Source: Abditibacteriaceae bacterium
GTDB taxonomy: Bacteria > Armatimonadota > Abditibacteriia > Abditibacteriales > Abditibacteriaceae
Length of the DNA: 64,000 nt
Direction: 5' to 3'
Assembly (NCBI GenBank): GCA_965277285.1
Contig: OZ255721.1
Coordinates: 2,880,001-2,944,000, forward strand
Position numbers and translations under genes: made by a program. The notes beneath the pieces are model-generated. The model had not been told where the DNA came from and ran no database searches. It worked only from the letters and a program-made list of their open reading frames with translations. Position 1 is the first letter of the stretch. Each line of letters opens with the position of its first letter. Below are positions 1 through 11,014 of the stretch, piece after piece.

Positions 1-1261
1 GAAGAGGAGCGATCTCGAACGTTGCGTTCGGGCGCGTCGGCGTAAAGTTGAAGTCGGCAAAAACAATTCCTTCGCTCGTCGCTTCATCGTTGCCAGCCGC
101 GGGATAAGGCAGCAACGGAATCACTTCGATGTGGCACGCCTGCTCGAATTTATCCATCACGCCCGCGCTACATAAGAACATATCAAGCTGATAACTACCC
201 GCTTTGAGCCATGGCGTTTTAATTGTAATTTCGCCATGATAAACATCTTCAGCGTCAATCCAGTACTCGATAAGACGCGAGTCGCATTGCAAAATCGTCA
301 CGCCGTAGCTATCCACGATGTGACACGAAATAAAATAGCGCCCCTCGAACGACTTCATGCGCTCGACTGTAAAGCGAACCGTTTTTTCTTCCCCACACTC
401 GAAAAATTCTTTGGTTGGAGAAATTGCAGTCACGCGCATTTCGCCGGTTCCACCGCGCCGTTTCGGGTCAGTTATTTCGGTCGCACTTTTTTGAAAACTA
501 CTCATGTAATGTTCAATCGCGCCAGGAACCGCACCCAAATACTTCAAGCGCCCTTTTTCCAGATACATGGCGCGATTGCACAACACTTGCACCGATTGCA
601 TATGGTGGCTGACGAACAAAACAGTGCGACCACTGCTCGCCACATCGCGCATTTTGCCCAAACACTTTTTCTGAAACTCAGCATCGCCGACCGCCAACAC
701 TTCATCAACCAGCAAAATTTCCGAACTCAAGTGCGCTGCCACGCCGAACGCCAGGCGCACATACATACCGCTACTATAGCGTTTGACCGGCGTATCGAGA
801 AACTTCTCCACGCCCGCGAAATCGACGATTGCGTCGAATTGACGGTCGATTTCGCGGCGTCGCATTCCCAGAATGGCACCGTTGAGATAAATGTTTTCGC
901 GTCCTGTCAATTCAGGATGAAAGCCGGTTCCCACTTCAAGCAAGCTGCCAACGCGGCCATAAAGATTCACTTCGCCCTTTGTCGGCTCGGTGATCTGGCT
1001 GAGAATTTTCAGCAGAGTACTTTTGCCCGCGCCATTGCGCCCGATGATGCCGACGACATCGCCTTGCTCAATGTCAAAGGAAACATCGCTCAGCGACCAG
1101 AACGTTTCCCGATCAGAGCGCTGCATCGGGTTTTTCATGCGTTCTAACAAGGTTTCAGCCAGCGTTGTATGACTCACGCTGTTATGCGCGATAACATAAC
1201 TTTTGGAAAGATCGCGCACCTGAACTGCCACTTTTTTTGCGATTCCGTTTTCAGATGACAT
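1..1261 (-). CDS. wzt: Polysaccharide ABC transporter ATP-binding protein (Wzt); 3' end runs off the window
   Basis: Manual translation from ATG at 1261: MSSENGIAKKVAVQVRDLSKSY...FWSLSDVSFDIEQGDVVGIIGRNGAGKSTL (Walker A). The start overlaps the wzm stop. Absent from the ORF track because it has no stop in the window; the + strand ORF 236..1147 is its shadow. Confidence 0.9.
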   Translation of the reverse strand, partial: MSSENGIAKKVAVQVRDLSKSYVIAHNSVSHTTLAETLLERMKNPMQRSDRETFWSLSDVSFDIEQGDVVGIIGRNGAGKSTLLKILSQITEPTKGEVNLYGRVGSLLEVGTGFHPELTGRENIYLNGAILGMRRREIDRQFDAIVDFAGVEKFLDTPVKRYSSGMYVRLAFGVAAHLSSEILLVDEVLAVGDAEFQKKCLGKMRDVASSGRTVLFVSHHMQSVQVLCNRAMYLEKGRLKYLGAVPGAIEHYMSSFQKSATEITDPKRRGGTGEMRVTAISPTKEFFECGEEKTVRFTVERMKSFEGRYFISCHIVDSYGVTILQCDSRLIEYWIDAEDVYHGEITIKTPWLKAGSYQLDMFLCSAGVMDKFEQACHIEVIPLLPYPAAGNDEATSEGIVFADFNFTPTRPNATFEIAPL

Positions 1262-2141
1262 CAGCAAACTTCCTTTCCATTTTCTTGAAGGCAAACGCAC
1301 CCAGCACAAAAAGCCCGATTGACAGACATGCGGCATACAGCACGGCGCCCCACGGCATGCCTTCATTTCCCGTCACCGACCAGCGAAATGCTTCCAGCAG
1401 GCTTGCCAGAGGATTGAGGAAAAAGTAAAACGGATGCCACGCCGCAGGAATGCGTGACATTAAAAATGCGGTCGTGTAAGGGATCGGGCAGGCAAAAGGC
1501 AAAAACGACAACAGCACAGGAAGAATATATTGCACATCGCGGTAGCTGACAGCCATCGCTGCCGTAATTAATCCGACGCCCAGCGCCAATAATAAAATCA
1601 ACGCCACCCAGATCGGCAAGGTTAAAATCGCCAAGCTCGGCGCGATATGATAAGCCACCATCAAACCGGCCATCATGGCCAACGCGACGCCAAAGTCAAT
1701 CAAAGTGGAAAACGCTGTCGACAGCGGCAATAACAAACGCGGAAAGAAAACCTTGGAAATTAAAGCCGCATTGCCGACCAGTGATGTGCTCGACTTGCTC
1801 AACGTTGTGCTGAACACGTTGAAGGCGAGCATTCCGACGTAGTTAAAGACGAAGGGCGGAACTGTCCCCGTTGGCACTTTCGCTACGCGATTGAAAATAA
1901 AAGACAAGAGCCCGGCGCCCAGCAATGGCTGAAAAATCACCCATAGCACGCCCAACGCAGTTTGCTTGTAGCGCAATTTCACATCGCGCTCGGCGAGAGT
2001 AAAAAGCAAATCGCGGAACATCCACAATTGCTTTACGTTGATCGCCGCCCATCCAGAACTGGGGCGCAATGTGAGATAAGGCTTGTCCGTAGGTACAACA
2101 GGAGAAGAAGTCAAGGATGTGTCAGAAAGAGAACTACTCAT
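1251..2141 (-). CDS. wzm: Polysaccharide ABC transporter permease (Wzm)
   Basis: RDVKLRYKQTALGVLWVIFQPL and LISKVFFPRLLLP motifs; ~6 hydrophobic segments; ends ERKFADVI. Confidence 0.92.
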   Translation of the reverse strand: MSSSLSDTSLTSSPVVPTDKPYLTLRPSSGWAAINVKQLWMFRDLLFTLAERDVKLRYKQTALGVLWVIFQPLLGAGLLSFIFNRVAKVPTGTVPPFVFNYVGMLAFNVFSTTLSKSSTSLVGNAALISKVFFPRLLLPLSTAFSTLIDFGVALAMMAGLMVAYHIAPSLAILTLPIWVALILLLALGVGLITAAMAVSYRDVQYILPVLLSFLPFACPIPYTTAFLMSRIPAAWHPFYFFLNPLASLLEAFRWSVTGNEGMPWGAVLYAACLSIGLFVLGAFAFKKMERKFADVI

Positions 2142-2259
2142 AAGATCAAGAACAAAAGAACATCAACCAACGCACATACGTCATCGCATAAACGGGGCTT
2201 TCAACAAGCGTACACCGAATCGAGTACTCGATTCAAACATCCTGAAGGGAAAACGTTCA

Positions 2260-3546
2260 TCAATGTTGACCATTACGAGAACTTGCCAGCACGTTTTGGT
2301 CGATTTTGAAATCATCATCGGCAGAAACTTCGCCCAGAGGATCTTGGTGCATGACAGCATGCAACGCGCCATTCTCGCCGCTTGCATTCAAGCGTGCATA
2401 ATCAGACAGTTCGCGGTCGTGACGCTCGTGGTTTTGTTGATCGGCTTTGTCAGCACGCTTCTTCCGGTTCAAAGCCCGTTCGATCACGGCTTCCATGTTA
2501 CGACGGAACACGGCAGTTTCAAAGCGTCGCGCATTGGCACGAATCAGATTGGAATCCCATTCGATGGTTTCGGCACGTTGCACGGCAGCGCACAATGCTG
2601 CAACTGTTTGCTCAGCGAAGAGAACTCCGGTGACACCATCGCGTTGCGTGTCCAGCGCGCCTCCTGCCGCATAAGCGATCACGGGACGTCCGCAGGCATT
2701 CGCCTCAACGGGTGCAATCCCGAAATCTTCCTCGCCCGGCATGATGAAACCACGCGCCTGCGCCATCGTGCGCGCTGTAGTTTCATCGTTAACGCGTCCC
2801 AAAAACTCCACGTTTTTACCGGCGCGCGCCTTCAGTTCGTTCATCTGGCGTCCGCTGCCGATGACCTTGAGCGGTTTGCCCAATTTAGTAAAGGCATCGA
2901 CAGCCAGGTCAAGACGCTTGTAAGGCACAAAACGCGACACGACCACGTAATAATCCTCGACAACTGGCGAAATATCGAAGCGGCTAATATCGACAGGTGG
3001 ATAAACCAAGTCGCAATCGCGCCCGTAGAACTTGCGAATGCGCTGTGAAACAATCGTCGAATTGGCAACGTAACGATCCACGCGCGAGGCCGAAACCGAA
3101 TCCCACATCCGCAAATAATGCATTCCAGGAACCAGCAGCGAGCGCAAGGTACCGCCCACTTTCTCATTCTGCATATAATCGCGCGTCGCCCACGCATAAC
3201 GCATCGGTGTATGTTTATAACAAACGTGCGTCGTATGCGGCTGCGTGATAACGCCTTTGGCAAAGGCCGAAGACGAACTTAATACCAGGTCGTATTGCGA
3301 CAAATCAAAGGATTCAAAAGCGATCGGGTACAACAAGATCGCCATACGATGCGTTTTCTGCTTCATCCACAACTTTTGAATAAAGCTGGTTCGAATATCC
3401 CACTGGCGATAACGAGCTGGCATCGCCTGCGCATCATAGGCCGAAGTATAAACAGGTGCGTCAGGATACATGTCGTGGAAAACTTCCACGACTTTCTCAG
3501 CGCCACCCATTTGCATTAAGAAATCGTGTACAATTGCTGTTTTCAA
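2260..3546 (-). CDS. GT4-family glycosyltransferase
   Basis: VHDFLMQMGGAEKV N-terminus, SRFVPYKRLDL, EDFGIAPVEANACG (EX7E). Confidence 0.9.
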   Translation of the reverse strand: MKTAIVHDFLMQMGGAEKVVEVFHDMYPDAPVYTSAYDAQAMPARYRQWDIRTSFIQKLWMKQKTHRMAILLYPIAFESFDLSQYDLVLSSSSAFAKGVITQPHTTHVCYKHTPMRYAWATRDYMQNEKVGGTLRSLLVPGMHYLRMWDSVSASRVDRYVANSTIVSQRIRKFYGRDCDLVYPPVDISRFDISPVVEDYYVVVSRFVPYKRLDLAVDAFTKLGKPLKVIGSGRQMNELKARAGKNVEFLGRVNDETTARTMAQARGFIMPGEEDFGIAPVEANACGRPVIAYAAGGALDTQRDGVTGVLFAEQTVAALCAAVQRAETIEWDSNLIRANARRFETAVFRRNMEAVIERALNRKKRADKADQQNHERHDRELSDYARLNASGENGALHAVMHQDPLGEVSADDDFKIDQNVLASSRNGQH

Positions 3547-3714
3547 ACCTCATCACCTCCCATCACATCGATTCTATTTCTCTGACTTTTCTCATTCAAA
3601 AACAAAAGTGAGACAATCATTTCGAGTACTCGTTTCGAGGCGGGCCATGGTGCGACAACAATATCAATCACATTCATGAGTGCCACGACATGCGATGACA
3701 CACCTTCAAAAAGA

Positions 3715-6099
3715 TTAATTGCGTCCGTAAGCGCCGTAGTACTGCTTTTGGAACTTGTCATAAGAGCCGTAGCCAAGTGATTCAGCCGTTGCTTTGTTTA
3801 ATACGACGCCCAGCACTTGTGTTCCCGTATGTGTCAACGATTGGCTTGAGCGCGTAATTTCCCTCTTACCAGCTTCTTGCATCGAAACTACCAAAAGCGC
3901 AGCATCAGTCATCGAAGCGACTATTTGCGCGTCGGTCATAACAAGAGCTGGTGGAGTATCAACAATCAGCAAATCGCATTCTTCGCCGAGCTTTGAGAAT
4001 ACGGCGCGCGCCGCCTTCGAGTTCAATAATTCAGGCGGATTGGGAGGAACTGGCCCACTTGCCAGAAGAAACAAGTTAGGGACCGATGTTGCTTGCAGGG
4101 CTTCTTCCAATGTCGCGGTTCCAGCGATCAGGTTCGTAAAGCCAATACGGTTCGTCAAATCGAAGAATGTATGGAGCGTTGGGCGCCTTAAATCGGCGTC
4201 CAACAGGATGACTTTGCGCCCGTCTAATGCCATTACAAACGCCAAATCTGTGCTGATGGTCGATTTGCCTTCGTTTGGTTGAGTACTCGTTAGCGTGATT
4301 GAACGCAAAGCTTTGCCCAACGATGCGAACTCGATATTGGTGCGCAACATTCGGTAGCTTTCCAATAATATGGAAGTCGTGTTGCCTGTTGTCAACAGCG
4401 ATTGCTGACTTTTGTCCTTGATAAAGGGAATCTGTGCCAGGATAGAAAGACCGCTTGCTTGCTCCGCTTCCTGCTGCGAATGAACACGGTCATCGGCATT
4501 ATCCACAATCACCGCGGCTGCAACTGCCAGCACCAAGCCAACCATTATCGACAGCAACAAATTAGTTTTCTTTTTTGGGCTGACGGGGACAGGATCTGGA
4601 GTCGCTGGAGTCAGTACTACAGCGTCCGAGATGCTCGTTTGTTCTTGCAAGCGCATTCCAATATAACGCTCATTGAGCAATTTGTAAGTTGCTTCCAATG
4701 TTTCCAAGTCGGTCATCAATTGACTCAAGCGATATTGCTGGTCAGGTAACTGCTTCAAACGATCGGCTGCGACTTGTTGTGCCGACTGCAGGGCTTGAAG
4801 GCGTGATTCTTGCGCCCAAACTTTCGATTGTAGTACAGCCGCCTGCTGCAAACCATTTTCGCGCACGGGGTTAGGATTTGTGCTCCAAGCGCCCACTTCG
4901 GTTTGCGCTTCGGTCGACAAACGCTCTTTCAAGTCTTTGATCTGTGTGTCCAGTTGCCGAATTTCATCGCTTTGCGGCGCATACTCCTGCGCCATTTTCA
5001 AGCGCTGCAATTCGAGCGAGGTCAGGCTGGATTTCAAGTCTTCCACCACAGGGCGGCGCCTGATTCCTGCCGGTCGCACTTGCATCGGCGCCATTTTCCC
5101 TACCATAGCACGTATCGCGTTGAGTTCCGCAGTATCACTCGCATGATCCGCTTCCACCGCTAGAACTCCCGATTGAATCTCGCCATATTGAGAAATCAAT
5201 AACTTAGATTCCTCAGTCGGATCAACCGTGTGATTGTTTTCCTGGAATTGTTTATAAGCCAGTCTCTTGGCATTCAGATCGGCCCTCACTACGCGCAAAC
5301 GATCTTTCAAATAAGCAGTCGCAGAAGTCGCCTGTTCACGGCTCTGGCTTTTATTTTGATTGATAAACTGCTGGGCGACGGCATTCACATAAATCGCAGC
5401 GGCCTGGGGATCATAGCTTTGCCCGGACAAAGCAATTAAGTCGGTTTCGCCAATTTGATCTGCCGACACGCTGGAGTACTCTTGCAATGTTTTGACAACA
5501 TTGGGATTGCTTTCTTCCAGAGTTTTGATGGCACCGCCCAAGGTACGCGGTCCTTGCAAAATGGCGATCTGAGTGGCGCGAGAGTTGGCTTTTGCCCCGC
5601 CAATCAAATTCGCTATTAGGGGCGATGACTCGGCAGCTGAGGCACTCGGACTTGAGCCACTTACTGGATCGCTGAACAGCAATGTTGAAGACGAATTGTA
5701 AATCGGTCGCGTCAAAGAAGTGAGCAATATGCCCAGCGCCACAACCGAACCAAAAACGGCCAGCATAATCCAGCGGCGACGGCGCAGCATTGCAAAAATC
5801 TTGCGCCAGTCAACATTGTCCTCATCGCTTTGAGACGGTGTCGATAAAGGGCGAAATGCGCCAGCGTAACTATTTGCTGCTGCGGTATCAAAACGGCTGT
5901 AGGAACCGTTGCCATGGAACACGCCTTCGCCCACAACAGGCTGGCTGATGTTGTTCAATCCATGGGAAATATCGGCGTCCTGATGATTCCCGTTGGCGCT
6001 ATGCGCACTCCCGTTACTCGCCGAGGTATTCGTCCCAGCGATGTCAGAGGAAACAACCTCCGCCGGAGAAAAAGGATCGTTCGTGGTATTTTTGTTCAT
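3715..6099 (-). CDS. wzc: Polysaccharide co-polymerase / tyrosine autokinase (Wzc/GumC)
   Basis: Two TM segments flank a coiled-coil periplasmic region; ESYRMLRTNI, Walker A STQPNEGKST, DADLRRP, VDTPP; C-terminal Tyr cluster GYGSYDKFQKQYYGAY. Confidence 0.9.
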   Translation of the reverse strand: MNKNTTNDPFSPAEVVSSDIAGTNTSASNGSAHSANGNHQDADISHGLNNISQPVVGEGVFHGNGSYSRFDTAAANSYAGAFRPLSTPSQSDEDNVDWRKIFAMLRRRRWIMLAVFGSVVALGILLTSLTRPIYNSSSTLLFSDPVSGSSPSASAAESSPLIANLIGGAKANSRATQIAILQGPRTLGGAIKTLEESNPNVVKTLQEYSSVSADQIGETDLIALSGQSYDPQAAAIYVNAVAQQFINQNKSQSREQATSATAYLKDRLRVVRADLNAKRLAYKQFQENNHTVDPTEESKLLISQYGEIQSGVLAVEADHASDTAELNAIRAMVGKMAPMQVRPAGIRRRPVVEDLKSSLTSLELQRLKMAQEYAPQSDEIRQLDTQIKDLKERLSTEAQTEVGAWSTNPNPVRENGLQQAAVLQSKVWAQESRLQALQSAQQVAADRLKQLPDQQYRLSQLMTDLETLEATYKLLNERYIGMRLQEQTSISDAVVLTPATPDPVPVSPKKKTNLLLSIMVGLVLAVAAAVIVDNADDRVHSQQEAEQASGLSILAQIPFIKDKSQQSLLTTGNTTSILLESYRMLRTNIEFASLGKALRSITLTSTQPNEGKSTISTDLAFVMALDGRKVILLDADLRRPTLHTFFDLTNRIGFTNLIAGTATLEEALQATSVPNLFLLASGPVPPNPPELLNSKAARAVFSKLGEECDLLIVDTPPALVMTDAQIVASMTDAALLVVSMQEAGKREITRSSQSLTHTGTQVLGVVLNKATAESLGYGSYDKFQKQYYGAYGRN

Positions 6100-6251
6100 G
6101 TGCTAATGTTTCAACGGTTGATGTTTTAACCGCTTAAGGCGACTTAATTCAACAATTCTGATGGCGGTTGCACTTGTTCGCTAAGAAGTTCGCTCGCAAT
6201 ATGCAACCGCCCGTTCCTCAGTAGCTCCAAATGGAGCAAGCCTCTTTCTTT

Positions 6252-8201
6252 TTACAGCCTGAAGATACTCAACAATCCAACGCCACGCGTGATGACATCC
6301 CAGGCGGACAAGCTTTGTGAGCCTTGCGGAACATAAAGAATGTCGCCGGCTTGCAGCGCTATACCCGAATTCTTCTGAATATCAGTCGCTGTGTTCAGCC
6401 GTAAAACACGGCGTTGCATGCCCTGTGGCGTTTGATGCAAAATGGCGACTTCCCTCAATTTGGCTGTATCAGTCGGGCCACCGGCCAGCGCCAAGGCTTC
6501 GCCCACGCTCAAAGGACGGTCTTCGGGAAGCGGATAAGAACCCGGGACCTTGACTGCAGCCATAATGAGTACTCGATTCATGTTCTGCGGCACGACGACA
6601 TAATCGCCATCTTGTAACTTGACCGTGGAGGCTTGGCCATTTTTAATGGCCTCCAGTGCATCCACCATTTGAACTTGACCGTTATTGTGCGTGATCGTAA
6701 TTTGGCGCAGTGATCCCAGCGGCGTAATGCCTCCAGCGCGCGACAAAAGTTCCTGCAAACCGTCGCCTGTATGCAACTCGAAACTGCCCGGCAGCTTGAC
6801 TTCGCCCGCCACAAAAACTGTTTGCGTTTGGAGAGCAGAAACCGTCACTACATCGCCGTCTTGTACTTCGGCGTTCTGGCTCCAGGAATGCTGCAACAAA
6901 AGTCCCACAGGATCAATATCCATTGTGAAAGGTTTGGTGCCAACCGAGGGGACGCGACGTGTGATGCTGATGCGTGTTTGTTCCGGACGCAGGGTCAGGC
7001 CACCCGCTTGCGCCAGAATGTCCGCTAAGCGCGGTGTTTTAGCTTCTTCGATAAAGACAGGCCCGGGGCGTGAAACGGCCCCCAGCACTGTGATGCCTTG
7101 TGATTCCGGCACAAAAATGGTATCGCCATCTTTCAAGTTCACATTGCCATCTTGCACACCTTGCACAACGATTTTGTAAAGATCGATCGGTGTCCGTGTG
7201 CCATCGGCATGGCGAATTACAGCGCGCGACAGTGCCGCGTGCGAGTTGCCGCCGCCAGCCTGCGACAGCGCTTCAGAAACGCTCATCGTCGTGCCGTCAG
7301 CAATCGAGTAATAATTTGGCCTGTTGACTGCTCCCAATACTGTCACGCGATCTTGAGCTTGTGGCACAACAATCAAGTCGCCGGATTGCAGCTTGAACGA
7401 ATCTTCGCCCTGCCCGAGAACAATTGATTTATAAAGATCAACCGGAAGCTCAGTACCGTTACGACGGACGACCACGCGCGATAGTGCGGCTTGCGAGGTT
7501 GCGCCACCCGCCAGCGAAATCGCCTGCACAATGCCTTGACCAAGCGGCACATCCACCGGACCAGGCTTAGAAACCTGTCCAGCGACACTGATATGAATGA
7601 CACGTTGCGTAAATTGCAAAACGTCGCCAGTGCGCAGCACATAGTTGTTCTGCGAATCGCCATTGGCGTAAATTTCCGCCAATTTCAAAGGAATCGGTTT
7701 CATGCCAGCGCGATTGAGTACGCCATTGGTTTGATCAGGCAAAGCGACCAGGCCACCCGCCATGGCCAAAGCTTCGGTCACGCGAAACCCCGGCTTCATT
7801 TCGTAAACGCCGGTTTTGTTGACCGCACCTAAAACAAAGACTCGCTGCGAACGCTGTGTCCGCAAAGCCACTGTAACGGCAGGCCGCAAGAGCGTCGTCT
7901 TCAAGCGTTGCGTGATTTCCGCCGCGACTTGCGACGTCGTTTTACCAACCACGTAAACATCGCCCACGTCCGGCACTTGAATACGCCCCGAAGAAGGCAC
8001 GATCTGCATCTCAACACTCAATTCGGGATGACGTAGCACAATAACGCTCAACACGTCATCCGGCCCCAGAGTATAGGCTTGTGCCCGCGCTGCGCCGCTC
8101 GAAAACACCCAGAGCGACAGGACAAATGCAAAAGCCGACAAACGACCCCAGGTGCGACACAACCCTTTAAAATCAAACGAGGAAACCAAAGAAAACATCA
8201 T
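6252..8201 (-). CDS. Polysaccharide export protein with multiple SLBB domains (Wza-like); start uncertain (8240 or 8201)
   Basis: Signal peptide, YTLGPDDVLSV Poly_export motif, repeated V(L/A)G(A/E/Q)V..PG...EAL..AGG SLBB units. Confidence 0.88.
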   Translation of the reverse strand: MMFSLVSSFDFKGLCRTWGRLSAFAFVLSLWVFSSGAARAQAYTLGPDDVLSVIVLRHPELSVEMQIVPSSGRIQVPDVGDVYVVGKTTSQVAAEITQRLKTTLLRPAVTVALRTQRSQRVFVLGAVNKTGVYEMKPGFRVTEALAMAGGLVALPDQTNGVLNRAGMKPIPLKLAEIYANGDSQNNYVLRTGDVLQFTQRVIHISVAGQVSKPGPVDVPLGQGIVQAISLAGGATSQAALSRVVVRRNGTELPVDLYKSIVLGQGEDSFKLQSGDLIVVPQAQDRVTVLGAVNRPNYYSIADGTTMSVSEALSQAGGGNSHAALSRAVIRHADGTRTPIDLYKIVVQGVQDGNVNLKDGDTIFVPESQGITVLGAVSRPGPVFIEEAKTPRLADILAQAGGLTLRPEQTRISITRRVPSVGTKPFTMDIDPVGLLLQHSWSQNAEVQDGDVVTVSALQTQTVFVAGEVKLPGSFELHTGDGLQELLSRAGGITPLGSLRQITITHNNGQVQMVDALEAIKNGQASTVKLQDGDYVVVPQNMNRVLIMAAVKVPGSYPLPEDRPLSVGEALALAGGPTDTAKLREVAILHQTPQGMQRRVLRLNTATDIQKNSGIALQAGDILYVPQGSQSLSAWDVITRGVGLLSIFRL

Positions 8202-8630
8202 ACATCTCCTATCAACATATGCAATGAAACGGCATCGCAACGATACATCGAATGTGATCTTACATCAACTGCCACCAGTATCAACTGTCACCGAATTGGC
8301 GTCTTCTTGATCGTCTTAAAATCAACGATAAGAAATCGTCGTCCCTAATTATGCCAGAGATTCTTTAACAATGTATTACCGAATGACGCTTTTGTAAGAC
8401 TCGAGAACGAAATTCCATGCTTTCGCAAGATTCAACGAACGCTCTCGGTAGCATCGCAGGAAACAAACCTGTTTATCAAGCCGCGTCGAGACGTTGTCAA
8501 TAAATTGTTGTTCAGCGCTTTTAAGAAAAATTCTATTTCGCTCATAGCACATTTTCTACCCACATACTGTGTCGCAACTTCTTGGCCTTTTGTCAGGAAC
8601 AGCTTTTATCAAGCTAAAACTATCAAGCTA

Positions 8631-8672
8631 AAACAAAAAACGTCGCGCTGCAATGAACACAGCGCGACGTTT
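8631..8672 (-). terminator. Intrinsic terminator of groESL
   Basis: 13-bp stem AAACGTCGCGCTG/CAGCGCGACGTTT followed on the minus strand by a U-tract, 45 bp after the groEL stop. Confidence 0.8.
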
Positions 8673-8716
8673 CCTTATATCTGAGAATACTCTTATCGAG
8701 TACTCGATGTGGCGAT

Positions 8717-10363
<1,647 letters not shown>

Positions 10364-10430
10364 TCACTCCGTGAATGAATTGACGATTGTTGAATGACGA
10401 TTGACAAATCCGAATCAAACGAACAGTTTC

Positions 10431-10492
10431 GTCATCTTGAGCGCAGCGAAAGATCTAATTGAAGTCAGATTCTTCGTTTCACTCAGAATGAC
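10431..10492. repeat. REP-like hairpin family A (GTCATTCTGAGCGCAGCGAAGAATCT...AGATTCTTCGCTGCGCTCAGAATGAC), degenerate copy
   Basis: Same family at 15990-16052, 26562-26625, 29137-29199, 57015-57076; truncated copy at 21507-21516. Confidence 0.85.
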
Positions 10493-10551
10493 ACACTAAC
10501 AGTTTCGAGTACTCGATATTCGTCAATTGTCAATCTGCAATCGTCAATTGA

Positions 10552-10845
10552 TTAGTTGCTCTTAACTGCCAAAATGCTGCTTTCGTCCAAAATCAAGTAG
10601 TCTTTGCCGTCCAGCTTGATTTCGGTGCCGCCATATTTCGAGTAGATGACCAAATCGCCTTCTTTGACCGTGATCGGCGACTTTTCGCCGCTGTCCAACG
10701 TGCGTCCCGGCCCAACCGCGATGACCGTGCCTTCCTGCGGACGCTCTTTCGCCGTGTCCGGCAACACGATGCCGCCCGCCGTCTGCTCGCCCGCCGTGCT
10801 GGGCTGAACCAAAACCTTATCGCCCAACGGTGTAATCTTTGCCAT
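10552..10845 (-). CDS. groS: Co-chaperonin GroES
   Basis: [36 protein letters not shown]. Confidence 0.99.
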   Translation of the reverse strand: MAKITPLGDKVLVQPSTAGEQTAGGIVLPDTAKERPQEGTVIAVGPGRTLDSGEKSPITVKEGDLVIYSKYGGTEIKLDGKDYLILDESSILAVKSN

Positions 10846-10889
10846 TTTGCCCTTCCTCCAAAACCAAATGTTGAATGTTTAAGAAAACG

Positions 10890-10916
10890 TTAGCACTCAA
10901 CACACCTGAGTGCTAA
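10890..10916. promoter_or_regulatory. CIRCE element (HrcA operator)
   Basis: Perfect TTAGCACTC-N9-GAGTGCTAA upstream of groES. Confidence 0.97.
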
Positions 10917-10927
10917 CACCAAGAACA

Positions 10928-10956
10928 ATTATAGGCGCGCCTTCGGTTGGCGTCAA
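10928..10956 (-). promoter_or_regulatory. Sigma70-type promoter of groESL
   Basis: Minus strand TTGACG-17 bp-TATAAT immediately upstream of CIRCE. Confidence 0.85.
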
Positions 10957-11014
10957 GATGTTTCGGGGAAATTACGGGAATAAAACGGATAAGCACGCAT
11001 CGAGTACTCGATTC

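Noticed and set aside
236..1147. 303-aa + strand ORF
   Set aside because: Antisense shadow of wzt, which has clear ABC motifs on the minus strand.
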